This document shows positions 28,731 to 38,577 of a stretch of DNA of 63,258 nt, piece after piece. Source of the stretch: Verrucomicrobiota bacterium. Its GTDB lineage: Bacteria; Verrucomicrobiota; Verrucomicrobiia; Limisphaerales; SIBH01. The translations under genes were made by a program, and so were the position numbers. Location of the stretch: NCBI GenBank assembly GCA_038205745.1, contig JBBRBM010000006.1:1-63258 (forward strand), in the 5' to 3' direction. The notes beneath the pieces are model-generated. The model ran no database searches. It saw only the letters and a list, made by a program, of their open reading frames with translations, and was not told where the DNA came from. Position 1 is the first letter of the stretch, and each line of letters opens with the position of its first letter.

Positions 28731-28786
28731 TTCGTAGTTCGTTGCAATGGAAACGACAAACCACGAACAACGAACAACGAACGACG
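28708..28786. repeat. Inverted heptamer arms spanning the permease/ATPase junction
   Basis: ggttcgt ggttcgt agttcgt agttcgt agttcgt tg - caatgga - aacgaca aaccacg aacaacg aacaacg aacgacg; supplies the permease stop and the ATPase N-terminus METTNHEQRTTND. Confidence 0.9.
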
Positions 28787-30582
28787 CGCTCCTGTCGTTC
28801 CGCGCGATTGAGAAATCCTTCTTCGGCGTGCGCGTGTTGAAGAGCGTGTCACTGCGCGTGCGCCGTGGAAGTGTTCTGGGACTGGTCGGCGAAAACGGCG
28901 CGGGCAAGTCCACGCTGATGAACATTCTCGGCGGTAACTTGCGGCCGGATGCGGGCGAGTTGCTGCTGAACGAGGCACGCTTCGAGCCAAGACATCCGAC
29001 GGACGCGGCGCGAGCCGGCATCGCGTTCGTGCATCAGGAACTGAACCTGTTTTCCAACCTGACCATCGCGGAAAATATTTTTCTCACATCGTTTCCGCGT
29101 GCGCTGCCGCCGTTCATTGCGCGGCGGCAACTGCGCGACCGGGCGGCTGAACTGTTGAACGAAGTGGGGCTGAACCTCAGCCCGGACACGCTGGTCGAGC
29201 GGCTTCCGGCGGGCGAACGGCAACTCGTGGAAATCGCGAAGGCACTGAGCCTCGCGCCCAAGCTCATCATCCTCGATGAGCCGACGACTTCGTTGAGCGC
29301 GCGAGAGACAGAACATTTGTTTGCGCTGATGCAACGGCTGCGCGAGCGCGGTGTGGCGATGATCTACATCTCGCACATTCTCGGCGACGTGCTGCGGTTG
29401 TGCGACGACATCGTGGTGTTGCGCGACGGCGCGATGGTGGGCAACGGCGTGCGCGCGGAGTTCACGAGCGAACGAATGATTTCGCTGATGGTGGGACGGG
29501 AGCTGAGCCAGCTTTATCCGAAGCGTCGGGAGCGCGGCGATTCTGTCCCCCTCTCCCCTCAACGGGGAGAGGGCTGGGGTGAGGGGTGGGAACGTCACGA
29601 AACACAGGCTGCGAATGAAAGCGCCGGGCTGAACCACCCCGCACCCGTTACCCCTCCCCATGAACCTTTCCTCGGTAGCAGCCGACGTGACGAGGCTCAT
29701 GCTTCTCAACCGGAGAAAGATCAGAGCCTCGTTACCTCGGCTGCTACGGTACAGGGGTTTGAAGCGCGAAATTTCGTTTCGGGAAATTCTCTCCCCGTTG
29801 AGAGGAGAGGGGGACCAGAGGCGCTGCTCGAACTGCGCCACGTCTCGCAGCCGCACATCGTGCGGGACATTTCGTTCGCACTGCATCGCGGCGAGGTGTT
29901 GGGTATTTCGGGACTCATGGGCGCGGGACGTTCGGAGCTGGCGCGAATCATCTTCGGTCTTGATGCCCATGCGGGCGGCGAGATTCTGCTGAACGGCAAA
30001 GCGCTTCCACGCAGCGGCCCACGGGCACGGATTCAACATGGGCTCGCCTTCCTCACCGAAGATCGCCGGCATGAAGGACTCTGCCTCGAAGCATCGATTG
30101 CCGACAATCTGGCGCTCGTCGCCTTGCGCCGCCATGCGCGCACGCCGCTGAAATTTTTGAGCACCGGCACTTGGCGCGAAGCCATTCGCACGATGCGGGC
30201 GGCGGTGAAGCTCAGTCCGAACGCGCGCGACGAGCAGGCGGTGAAGACTTTGAGCGGCGGCAATCAACAGAAGGTGGTGATCGGTAAATGGCTCGTGGCC
30301 GAGCCACGCGTGTTCATTCTCGACGAACCGACGCGCGGCATCGACGTGGGTGCGAAGTTTGAAATCTATCAACTCATCCACGACCTGGCGGACCGCGGCG
30401 CGGGCGTGCTCGTGATTTCTTCCGAGATGGAGGAACTCATCGGCATTTGTGATCGCATCCTCGTGATGGCGCAGGGCGAGATCCGCGACGAATTGCGCTC
30501 GGTCGAGTTTGATCGCGAACGAATCCTGCGCGCCGCATTGCTGGACGGAGCGCGGACGGTCACGTCCGCGCGAACCCCATGA
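28747..30582 (+). CDS. Sugar ABC transporter ATP-binding protein (RbsA-like) with ~90-aa REP-derived linker insertion
   Basis: GENGAGKST, ILDEPT, LSGGNQQKV, DEPTRGIDVG; insertion at about 29547-29816. Confidence 0.92.
   Translation: METTNHEQRTTNDALLSFRAIEKSFFGVRVLKSVSLRVRRGSVLGLVGENGAGKSTLMNILGGNLRPDAGELLLNEARFEPRHPTDAARAGIAFVHQELNLFSNLTIAENIFLTSFPRALPPFIARRQLRDRAAELLNEVGLNLSPDTLVERLPAGERQLVEIAKALSLAPKLIILDEPTTSLSARETEHLFALMQRLRERGVAMIYISHILGDVLRLCDDIVVLRDGAMVGNGVRAEFTSERMISLMVGRELSQLYPKRRERGDSVPLSPQRGEGWGEGWERHETQAANESAGLNHPAPVTPPHEPFLGSSRRDEAHASQPEKDQSLVTSAATVQGFEARNFVSGNSLPVERRGGPEALLELRHVSQPHIVRDISFALHRGEVLGISGLMGAGRSELARIIFGLDAHAGGEILLNGKALPRSGPRARIQHGLAFLTEDRRHEGLCLEASIADNLALVALRRHARTPLKFLSTGTWREAIRTMRAAVKLSPNARDEQAVKTLSGGNQQKVVIGKWLVAEPRVFILDEPTRGIDVGAKFEIYQLIHDLADRGAGVLVISSEMEELIGICDRILVMAQGEIRDELRSVEFDRERILRAALLDGARTVTSARTP
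29547..29816. mobile_element. Nested REP/MITE composite fused in frame into the ATPase
   Basis: Outer CCCTCACCCC-type pair; its right arm is split by CCATGAACC...GGTACAGGGG, which encloses a GTAG REP pair (29675-29747). Confidence 0.8.
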
Positions 30583-31610
30583 AGCGATCTTCCCACAGCA
30601 ACAATCCAAGCGCGCGGACGAGGCCCTCCGTGCTTGTCCTCCTATTGAACAACGCGTCGTTGGTTTTGTTCGCCGTGGTGCTCGTGGTGTTCGCGCTGCT
30701 GTCGCCGAAGTTTTTCACCGGCGACAACCTGGTAAACATTCTCATTCAATCCTCGTCAACTGCGATCGTGGCCACGGGCATGACGTTCGTGCTTCTGACA
30801 GCCGGAGTGGATCTGTCGGTCGGTGCGGCGATGTTCGTGGGCGCAGCCGTTTGCGGAAAGCTTGTCATTGGCGGGCAACCGATTCCGCTCGCGCTGGCGG
30901 CGATGCTCGGCGTCGGGCTTGCCTTTGGCGCGGTGAACGCCTTGTTCATCACGCGACTGCGGATCATCGCCTTCATCGTCACGCTCGCGACGCTGTTTAT
31001 CGGACGCGGCTTCGCACTGCGCATCACCGAGACGCGGGCGATGAACCTGCCGGACGCATTCCTCCAACTCGGCTCGGCAAAAGTGGCGGGAATTCCTGTG
31101 CCAGTGCTCGCGGTCGCACTCGTGGTGGCCGCAGCGCAGCTCGTGCTCAGTCGTACCGCATTCGGGCGTCAGCTCTACGCGTTGGGCAACAATGTGGAAT
31201 CCGCGCGCAAGGCGGGTGTTCACGTGCAGCGGCTGACGGCGAGCGTTTACGTGATCAGCGGATTTTGCGCGGCGTTGGGTGGCATCATCGCGCTCTCGCA
31301 GCTCGGCGCGGTCGGGCCGAAGTTTGGAGAGAACTACGAGTTCAAAGCCATCGCCGCCGCGGTGCTCGGCGGTACGAGCTTGTTTGGCGGACGGGGAAAT
31401 GTTTTTCCAGGAACTGTGCTTGGAGCCGTGCTGATCCAGTGCGTCGAGAACGGTCTCGTCCTGCTGAATGCCGATCCGTACCTTTATCCATTGATCACGA
31501 GCGCAGTGATTTTCGTGGCTGTGCTGATCGACAGCATTCGCAACGAAACGCTCGCGAAACTTTCCCGGCGTCGCATCCGGCATGATGATTTGGCGTCGGG
31601 CGCACCTTGA
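30579..31610 (+). CDS. Sugar ABC transporter permease (RbsC-like)
   Basis: GMTFVLLTAGVDLSVG, AFIVTLA, GRQLYALGNN, LGGTSLFGGRG. Confidence 0.92.
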   Translation: MKRSSHSNNPSARTRPSVLVLLLNNASLVLFAVVLVVFALLSPKFFTGDNLVNILIQSSSTAIVATGMTFVLLTAGVDLSVGAAMFVGAAVCGKLVIGGQPIPLALAAMLGVGLAFGAVNALFITRLRIIAFIVTLATLFIGRGFALRITETRAMNLPDAFLQLGSAKVAGIPVPVLAVALVVAAAQLVLSRTAFGRQLYALGNNVESARKAGVHVQRLTASVYVISGFCAALGGIIALSQLGAVGPKFGENYEFKAIAAAVLGGTSLFGGRGNVFPGTVLGAVLIQCVENGLVLLNADPYLYPLITSAVIFVAVLIDSIRNETLAKLSRRRIRHDDLASGAP

Positions 31611-31802
31611 ACGTATTCGTTGGAATCCTGCGTCTCCGCGTGACGTAAAAGGCTGGCGTCTCGTTGCCCCGGCCCCTCAAGCACGGTCCGCTTGCTGCCA
31701 CAAATCCCTCTCGGTTATGCGCTGACAATGGGCTCCGCAATGGGCTGCGAGGATTTTCGCACTTGCGTTTTGAAGGTGGCGCAAAGAAATTCTGCGCTCT
31801 TT

Positions 31803-32675
31803 ATGGAATCAGGCGCACCGCCATCGGCGGCCTTTTACAATTTTGTCGGCTGGCTCGACGTGAACAAGAAGCGCGTGGCAGTCGGAGCCGCGATTGTTGT
31901 TTTCATCGCTTTGGTCGTGGCCGTGCTCGTGTGGCGTCATTCCGAACGCGAAGGAGAAGCGGCGCGGGCGCTGTCCGCGGTGCGGGTTCCCTTCAATCCG
32001 CTTGATCCCATTCCGCCCGGAACCGCGGAGGCATTCCTGAAAGTGGCGAGCGACTACTCCGGGACGCCTGCCGCGGCGCGCGCGGCGTTTTCCGCGGCAT
32101 CGGTTTACTTTGTGAGCGGGCAGTACCCGCAGGCGCAGCAGCAGTTCAACAATTTCCTGAGCAAGCATGGCGATACGCCGTGGGTGCCACAGGCGCGTTA
32201 CGGCCTTGCCGCAAGTGTCGATGCCCAGGGCAACGTTCAGGACGCGATCGCCAAGTACAATGATTTCATCCGCGCTTACCCGAACGATCCCGCCGTGGAC
32301 GATGCGCGATTGAACCTGGCGCGGCTTTACGAGAAATCGAACCAGCCGACGCAGGCGCTGGATTTGCTGAACAGGATGACCAATGCGACACCGTTCAGCG
32401 CGACCGGCGCCGAAGTGCAAGACCGCTTGAAGACGATTTACGCGAAATATCCCGATCTCGCACCGAAGCCCGTGGCACCAGCTCCCGGACCCGCTTTGGC
32501 ACCGAGGGACGTGCCGTTGATGCTGCGCGACGTGCCGCGCACACCTCAGCCGTCTCCCACGCCCACAGTGCCAACGCCCGCCGCGCCGAACATCAGCGTG
32601 CCGGCGAGCACTTCGGGCGCGCCAAAGATTATTTTGCAGACACCTCCGGGCCAGAACAACCCACCGGGGAAATAG
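31803..32675 (+). CDS. Membrane-anchored TPR protein (YfgM/BamD-like) with Pro-rich tail
   Basis: One N-terminal TM segment, TPR-like helices, Pro/Ala-rich C-terminus; start ATG 31803 inferred. Confidence 0.7.
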   Translation: MESGAPPSAAFYNFVGWLDVNKKRVAVGAAIVVFIALVVAVLVWRHSEREGEAARALSAVRVPFNPLDPIPPGTAEAFLKVASDYSGTPAAARAAFSAASVYFVSGQYPQAQQQFNNFLSKHGDTPWVPQARYGLAASVDAQGNVQDAIAKYNDFIRAYPNDPAVDDARLNLARLYEKSNQPTQALDLLNRMTNATPFSATGAEVQDRLKTIYAKYPDLAPKPVAPAPGPALAPRDVPLMLRDVPRTPQPSPTPTVPTPAAPNISVPASTSGAPKIILQTPPGQNNPPGK

Positions 32676-32777
32676 AATGCGGACATCGCTGCTGAATCAG
32701 TGGCGGACTGGCCGGCCTCATTTACGGACGCTCTCTGATGCGGCGCCCGTAAGGCGATTTCTGAACCACTCGCGTTG

Positions 32778-34082
32778 ATGAAACTGACAATCATCGGGAC
32801 CGGTTACGTCGGTCTTGTCACTGGAACGTGCTTTGCCGAAGTGGGTCACCACGTGATCTGCGTCGATAAGGACGCGAACAAAATCAAAGTCCTCAAGGGC
32901 GGCGGCCTGCCCATCTACGAGCCGGGCTTGAAGGAAATGGTGGACAAGAATGTCGCTGCAGGCCGGCTGCAATTCACCACCTCGACCGATGAAGGCGTCA
33001 AGAACTCGGATGTGATTTTCATCGCGGTGCCCACGCCCCCGCAGGACGACGGTTCGGTTGATCTGAGTTTCATCGAAGGCGTCGCGCGTGAAATCGCCAA
33101 TGCGATGACGACTTACAAAATTGTCGTCGATAAGAGCACCGTGCCGGTGAAGACCGGCGACAAAGTCAGCGAGACGATCAAGCGCTACTGCAAAGCGAAG
33201 GTGGATTTCGATGTGGTGAGCAACCCGGAATTCCTGCGCGAAGGTTTCGCCGTGGAGGATTTGATGAATCCGGATCGCGTCGTCATCGGCGTGCGCACGC
33301 AGCGGCCGGTCGCGGCGATGAGGGAGATTTACGAGCCGTTCAAAGCACCGATCATCGTCACCGACATCAACTCCGCCGAGTTGATCAAGCACGCGGCGAA
33401 TTCGTTTCTCGCGCTCAAGATTTCCTACATCAACGCCGTGTCGATCATGTGCGAAGCGAGCGGCGCGAACGTGCAGGAAGTGGCCAACGGCATGGGCATG
33501 GACGCGCGCATCGGCCGGCGCTTTCTCGATGCAGGCATTGGCTTCGGTGGCAGTTGCTTTCCAAAAGACCTGAGCGCGTTCATCAAAATCTCCGAGCAAC
33601 TCGGCTACGATTTCCGCCTGCTGAAGGAAGTGCAGCGCATCAACGCCGACCAGATGGACCGCTTCATCAAGAAGATCATGGAGACGCTTTGGGTGTTGAA
33701 GGACAAGCGCATTGGCGTGCTCGGTCTGGCGTTCAAGCAGAACACCGACGACGTGCGCATGTCGCCCGCGATCGACTTGTGTCAGCGCTTGCAAAAGGAA
33801 GGCGCGATCCTGCGCGTCCACGATCCCAAGGCGATGGACAAGGCAAAGGATGTTCTGAAGAACGTTACCTACGTCGAGAACATGGACGACGTAGCCGAGG
33901 GCTGCGACGCCTTGGTGATCGCGACGGAGTGGCCTGAGTTCAAGAAGCTTAATCTCGAACGTGCTCACAAACTTCTCTCCCATCCGATTATCTTCGACGG
34001 GCGCAATCTCTTCGACGCGACGGAAGTCGAGAAGCAGGGCTTCATCTACAAGAGCGTCGGCCGGCCCGAAGTGAAGATGTGA
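32778..34082 (+). CDS. ugd: UDP-glucose/GDP-mannose 6-dehydrogenase
   Basis: IGTGYVG, KSTVPV, NPEFLREG, GFGGSCFPKD, GLAFK.NTDD.R. Confidence 0.95.
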   Translation: MKLTIIGTGYVGLVTGTCFAEVGHHVICVDKDANKIKVLKGGGLPIYEPGLKEMVDKNVAAGRLQFTTSTDEGVKNSDVIFIAVPTPPQDDGSVDLSFIEGVAREIANAMTTYKIVVDKSTVPVKTGDKVSETIKRYCKAKVDFDVVSNPEFLREGFAVEDLMNPDRVVIGVRTQRPVAAMREIYEPFKAPIIVTDINSAELIKHAANSFLALKISYINAVSIMCEASGANVQEVANGMGMDARIGRRFLDAGIGFGGSCFPKDLSAFIKISEQLGYDFRLLKEVQRINADQMDRFIKKIMETLWVLKDKRIGVLGLAFKQNTDDVRMSPAIDLCQRLQKEGAILRVHDPKAMDKAKDVLKNVTYVENMDDVAEGCDALVIATEWPEFKKLNLERAHKLLSHPIIFDGRNLFDATEVEKQGFIYKSVGRPEVKM

Positions 34083-34480
34083 ACGTCGTCGAGGTCGCTG
34101 CCGGACTGGTTTTTCGCGACGGCAAGTTGCTTATCACCCAGCGCTATCCTGACGCGCACCTCGGCGGACTTTGGGAATTCCCGGGCGGCAAGCGGGAGGG
34201 AAACGAGACGTTTGCTGAGTGTCTTGTCCGTGAATTACGCGAAGAACTTGGGATCGAGGTTGAAGTTGGCGAACGTGTCGAAGTCATCGCACACGAATAT
34301 CCCGGGAAGAAGGTTCTGCTGGAGTTTTTCCGTTGCCGTTGGCTGGCCCACGAGCCGCAACCGCTCGGCTGTCCCGCATTCGCGTGGGTGACGCGTGGCG
34401 AATTGGGCCGCTACGCGTTTCCTGCGGCTGACGCGAAGTTGATTGAGCGACTCGGCTCTTCAGACGGCTTTTGGCGATGA
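34079..34480 (+). CDS. mutT: 8-oxo-dGTP diphosphatase (Nudix)
   Basis: WEFPGGK...RELREELG Nudix box; FPAAD. Confidence 0.85.
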   Translation: MNVVEVAAGLVFRDGKLLITQRYPDAHLGGLWEFPGGKREGNETFAECLVRELREELGIEVEVGERVEVIAHEYPGKKVLLEFFRCRWLAHEPQPLGCPAFAWVTRGELGRYAFPAADAKLIERLGSSDGFWR

Positions 34481-34621
34481 GCAATGACGTATTGCCGCTT
34501 GGACTCGGCTGCGTGCCGTGCTAGTGTCCGCCCCGAGCTTTTACCCTGAGTAGTTCGGAATGCCTGGTGCAGTCAGCACTGAGCAACGGCGAAGGACACG
34601 CCGAAAAATTTTCAGGAAATC

Positions 34622-35794
34622 ATGCGCGCCATTACGAATCGCATTTACATGACGATCCACACCAGCCCTGTGCTGGCGGATATTGTCTACAATTCCGCAC
34701 GCTACATCTGGCGCGTGCGCTATTGGTTCCGGCACAAGCTGGCGCATCGGAACGCGGTTCCCGTGGAAGACATTCACAAGTATCGCGGCCTCCAGCCAGG
34801 CGGGCATTTGCAAACGGCGATCACGAACATCTGCAACGCCAAGTGCGTTTTCTGCGCTTATCCGCGCGCGATCGAAAGCGGCCAGCTCAAGACCGGCGTC
34901 ATGTCCTTCGAGATGTTCAAGAAGGCTGCCGACGAATGGGGCAAGATCGGCGGCGGCGATCTCGACCTGACTCCAACGGTCGGCGACACGCTGGTCGATC
35001 CCGGCGTGATCAAGAAACTCGATTACGCGGTGAAGGTCGCAAAAATTCCAAAAGTCGTGCTCACGACGAATGGAATTCTCCTGAACAAGAACGACTTCTA
35101 CAAAAAGCTCGTCGATGGCGGCGTGAAGGAGATTTACATCAGCACGCAGGGCACTGATCCCGACATCTACAAAAAAATCTACGGCGTCGATCATTACGAC
35201 GAGTATCTCGCGGGGTTGAAGAATCTCCTCGAATACAATCGCTCGCAGGGCAGCCCGGTGTTCATCGGCATTCGTTTCCGCAACGCGCAGACGCCCGGCG
35301 AAATCATCCGCTCGCGCGATTTTAACGAAGTGATCAAGCCGTATCTCGGCGATCGAGTTCGAATTAACTTCACGGTCGATTACGACAATTGGGGCGGCAC
35401 GATCAAAGAGGAGGACATGTCCGGCTTCATGCGCATGCGCAAACTGCCGGCCAAGGTCAACGTGCCGTGCATCGGTTTGTTCAACTTCGTAGTTCGCCAC
35501 GATGGCCTTGTCCGCATGTGCGGCTGCCGCTTCCGCACCACGGACAATGACGACATGGTGGTCGGCGATCTGCGCGAGAACTCGCTCCAGGAAATCGCGA
35601 ACGGCGAGCGCGCGTGGAAAATCCTCCAGGGATTTTACAAAGGCGAGCGTCCCGACACCTGCCAGGGCTGCACGCTGTATCAGCCGATAACAAAAAAGTG
35701 GTTTCAGCAGCGTCTGGCGAATGTTCCGGTGGGCGGCACGAAAGCGGATGGCGCAGCCGAGCCAGTCGCCGCGACGGAGCAGCAACCTGCCTGA
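34622..35794 (+). CDS. Radical SAM protein with C-terminal SPASM/Twitch domain
   Basis: CNAKCVFC; LTTNG; PC...DG.V..C.C...GDL...CQGC. Confidence 0.88.
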   Translation: MRAITNRIYMTIHTSPVLADIVYNSARYIWRVRYWFRHKLAHRNAVPVEDIHKYRGLQPGGHLQTAITNICNAKCVFCAYPRAIESGQLKTGVMSFEMFKKAADEWGKIGGGDLDLTPTVGDTLVDPGVIKKLDYAVKVAKIPKVVLTTNGILLNKNDFYKKLVDGGVKEIYISTQGTDPDIYKKIYGVDHYDEYLAGLKNLLEYNRSQGSPVFIGIRFRNAQTPGEIIRSRDFNEVIKPYLGDRVRINFTVDYDNWGGTIKEEDMSGFMRMRKLPAKVNVPCIGLFNFVVRHDGLVRMCGCRFRTTDNDDMVVGDLRENSLQEIANGERAWKILQGFYKGERPDTCQGCTLYQPITKKWFQQRLANVPVGGTKADGAAEPVAATEQQPA

Positions 35795-36067
35795 GCCGGA
35801 GGCCTTTCGGTTTTGCATCATTCACCTGAGGCGCCGATTTCTCTCTGCCCCGGAATTTCCCCCCCCGGCTACCTGAATCTTCACTTCGCAACCGATTGGT
35901 TTCACCGAGGGTGACCGATGCCTTCGGCAATCGCGCTTCAACGTCGGGCGGGGTCGCGCTTTCCGTTGATAGAACGAAAGTCCCATCGACTCACGTACGC
36001 CAGACTTTGACGCGCCAAGTCGGTTTGAAGGAAACTGTCAACCGCTCGTCAGCAATGGTGCGTTCTT

Positions 36068-38536
36068 ATGAAACTTCGTCACTGCATCGCGACATCAGTC
36101 GCCGTCCTCGCCACCCTCACCACCTCAATGTTTGCCGCTGATCAAACTCAACTCCGCGTTATGCGTGAGGTGAAAGGTTCAGCCGACGCCAAGCCGCTCT
36201 ACGTCGCGAATCGCGCGCCTTTGGAGCCAAGTCCGTTCATCAAACTGCCGATCGGCAGCATTGAGCCACGCGGTTGGTTGCGTCATCAACTTGAGATGGA
36301 GCGCGACGGAATGACCGGCCACTTGAAGGAGATTTCGCCTTGGCTGAATTTCGAGAAGAGCGCCTGGGGCAATACGAATGGCGCGGGCAATTTCGGCTGG
36401 GAGGAATTGCCATACTGGCTCAAGGGCTACGGCGATCTGGGCTACGTGTTGAAAGACGAGTCGATCATCGCCGAGGCGAAGAAGTGGATCTTGAGCGCGC
36501 TGGCGTCGCAGCGCGAGGATGGCTACTTCGGTCCGCGCGAGATGTTGACCTCGTTGAAAGGCAAACCCGATCTGTGGCCACACATGGTGATGCTGAATAT
36601 CTTCCAGACTTACTACGAGTTCAGCGGAGATCAGCGGGTGATCGACGTGATGACGCGCTACTTCAAATGGCAGGATTCGCTTCCGCCCAGCGCGTTCGGC
36701 GAGGGCTATTGGCCGAAGCTGCGCTGGGGCGACAACATCGAGAGCATTTACTGGCTCTACAATCGCACCGGTGAGGCGTGGCTGTTGCCGCTCGCAAAAC
36801 GGATTCACGACAACATGGCCCGCTGGGACGAAGGCATCATCAACTGGCACAACGTCAACATCGCGCAGGGCTTTCGCGAGCCGACGGTTTACTGGATGCA
36901 GTCGCGCGATCCGACACACTTGATCGGTGCTGATCGGAATTATCGCGAGGTGATGGGCAAGTATGGACAGTTCCCCGGCGGCGGCTTCGGCGGCGATGAA
37001 AATTGCAGGGAAGGATTTTACGATCCGCGTCAGGGCTTCGAGACGTGCGGCATCGTGGAGTTCACGCACAGCTTTCAAATGCTGACAAAGGTCACCGGTG
37101 ATCCGCTGTGGAGTGATCGTTGTGAAGACATCGCGTTCAACTCGCTTCCCGCCGCGATGACGCCGGATCAGAAAGGTCTGCACTATCTGACTTGCGCCAA
37201 CCAGATTCAGCTCGACCGCAACAACAAGGCGCCGGCGATTCAAAACGGCGGCACGATGTTCAGCTATTCGCCGTTCGAGGTGTATCGCTGCTGCCAGCAC
37301 AATGTCTCGCACGGCTGGCCTTACTACGCGGAGGAACTCTGGCTCGCCACGCCTGATCGCGGACTTTGCGCGTCGCTCTACGCGGAGAGTGAAGTCCGCG
37401 CGAAAGTGGGAGACGGCATCGAGGTGCGTGTGACGGAGACGACGGATTATCCATTCGCTGACGAAGTGAAGCTCAAGATCGCGACACCCAAGTCGGTGCA
37501 GTTTCCACTCTACCTGCGGGTGCCGCGCTGGTGCGACGCCGCGACTGTGAAGGTCAATGGGAAGAAGGTTTCGGCCCAGCCGACACCGTTGAGTTACATC
37601 GTGGTGGATCGCACTTGGAAAAACGGCGACACGGTTTCGCTTACGCTTCCCATGCGCGTCACGGTTGATCGCTGGGCGAAAAATCAGAATGCCGCCTCGG
37701 TGAGTTACGGCCCGCTCAGTTTTTCACTCGCAATCAAGGAAGAGTGGAAGCGCTACGGCAAGAACGCCAACTGGCCCGAGTGGGAAGTGCTGCCGAAGAG
37801 CGATTGGAACTATGGCCTCGTGCTCGATGAGCAGAAGCCGGAGAAGTCCTTCGACGTGGATCGCAAGCGCGGCCGCCTCGCACCGAATCCTTTCACCCAG
37901 GAAAACACGCCGCTCGTCCTCACAGCCAAAGCGAAGAAAATCGCGAACTGGACTGCCGACAAATTCCACATGGTTGGCAAACTTCAGCCCAGCCCGGTGA
38001 AATCAGACGCGAAGACTGAAAAAGTCACGTTGATCCCAATGGGCGCGGCGCGTTTGCGCATCAGCGCGTTCCCGGTCATCGGCGACGGTGCTGGCGCTCG
38101 CGAGTGGCAGGTTCCAACAATCTCGGCGATTCACGCTTCACACGTTCATTCCAGCGACTCCGTAGAAGCGGTGAATGACGGAATTTTGCCGAAGAGTTCG
38201 AGCGACAGCAAAATGCCGCGCTTCACCTGGTGGGATCATCGCGGCACGACCGAGTGGATCGAATGGGGCTTCCCGAAAACGCGCAAGTTGTCCGCCGCCG
38301 AGGTCTATTGGTTCGACGACACCGGCAAAGGCAACGTGCGTCCGCCAAAAAGCTGGCGTGTACTTTACCGCGTCGGGGAACGTTGGAGTCCCGTGACGGA
38401 CGCAAGCGCCTTTGGCACGGAACTGAACAAATTCAATCGCGTCTCGTTCTCCCCCGTCGAGTGCAACGGCATCCGTGTCGAAGCGGAACTGCAGCCGAAT
38501 TTTTCCGCGGGAATCCTGGAATGGAAGATGGAATAA
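36068..38536 (+). CDS. GH127/GH146-like beta-L-arabinofuranosidase-type hydrolase with C-terminal discoidin-like domain
   Basis: Signal peptide; GWEELPYWLKG, HNVN, ETC.IVE, CCQHN, TDYPF, LRVPRW, LIPMG. Confidence 0.85.
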   Translation: MKLRHCIATSVAVLATLTTSMFAADQTQLRVMREVKGSADAKPLYVANRAPLEPSPFIKLPIGSIEPRGWLRHQLEMERDGMTGHLKEISPWLNFEKSAWGNTNGAGNFGWEELPYWLKGYGDLGYVLKDESIIAEAKKWILSALASQREDGYFGPREMLTSLKGKPDLWPHMVMLNIFQTYYEFSGDQRVIDVMTRYFKWQDSLPPSAFGEGYWPKLRWGDNIESIYWLYNRTGEAWLLPLAKRIHDNMARWDEGIINWHNVNIAQGFREPTVYWMQSRDPTHLIGADRNYREVMGKYGQFPGGGFGGDENCREGFYDPRQGFETCGIVEFTHSFQMLTKVTGDPLWSDRCEDIAFNSLPAAMTPDQKGLHYLTCANQIQLDRNNKAPAIQNGGTMFSYSPFEVYRCCQHNVSHGWPYYAEELWLATPDRGLCASLYAESEVRAKVGDGIEVRVTETTDYPFADEVKLKIATPKSVQFPLYLRVPRWCDAATVKVNGKKVSAQPTPLSYIVVDRTWKNGDTVSLTLPMRVTVDRWAKNQNAASVSYGPLSFSLAIKEEWKRYGKNANWPEWEVLPKSDWNYGLVLDEQKPEKSFDVDRKRGRLAPNPFTQENTPLVLTAKAKKIANWTADKFHMVGKLQPSPVKSDAKTEKVTLIPMGAARLRISAFPVIGDGAGAREWQVPTISAIHASHVHSSDSVEAVNDGILPKSSSDSKMPRFTWWDHRGTTEWIEWGFPKTRKLSAAEVYWFDDTGKGNVRPPKSWRVLYRVGERWSPVTDASAFGTELNKFNRVSFSPVECNGIRVEAELQPNFSAGILEWKME

Positions 38537-38577
38537 CTGATCCGCGCGGCGTGACGGTCGCGCACTACTTGTTTGGC

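Noticed and set aside
36068-38536. GH127 as part of the apiose/RG-II locus
   Set aside because: It is separated from the locus by four unrelated genes, and its substrate cannot be assigned from sequence alone.
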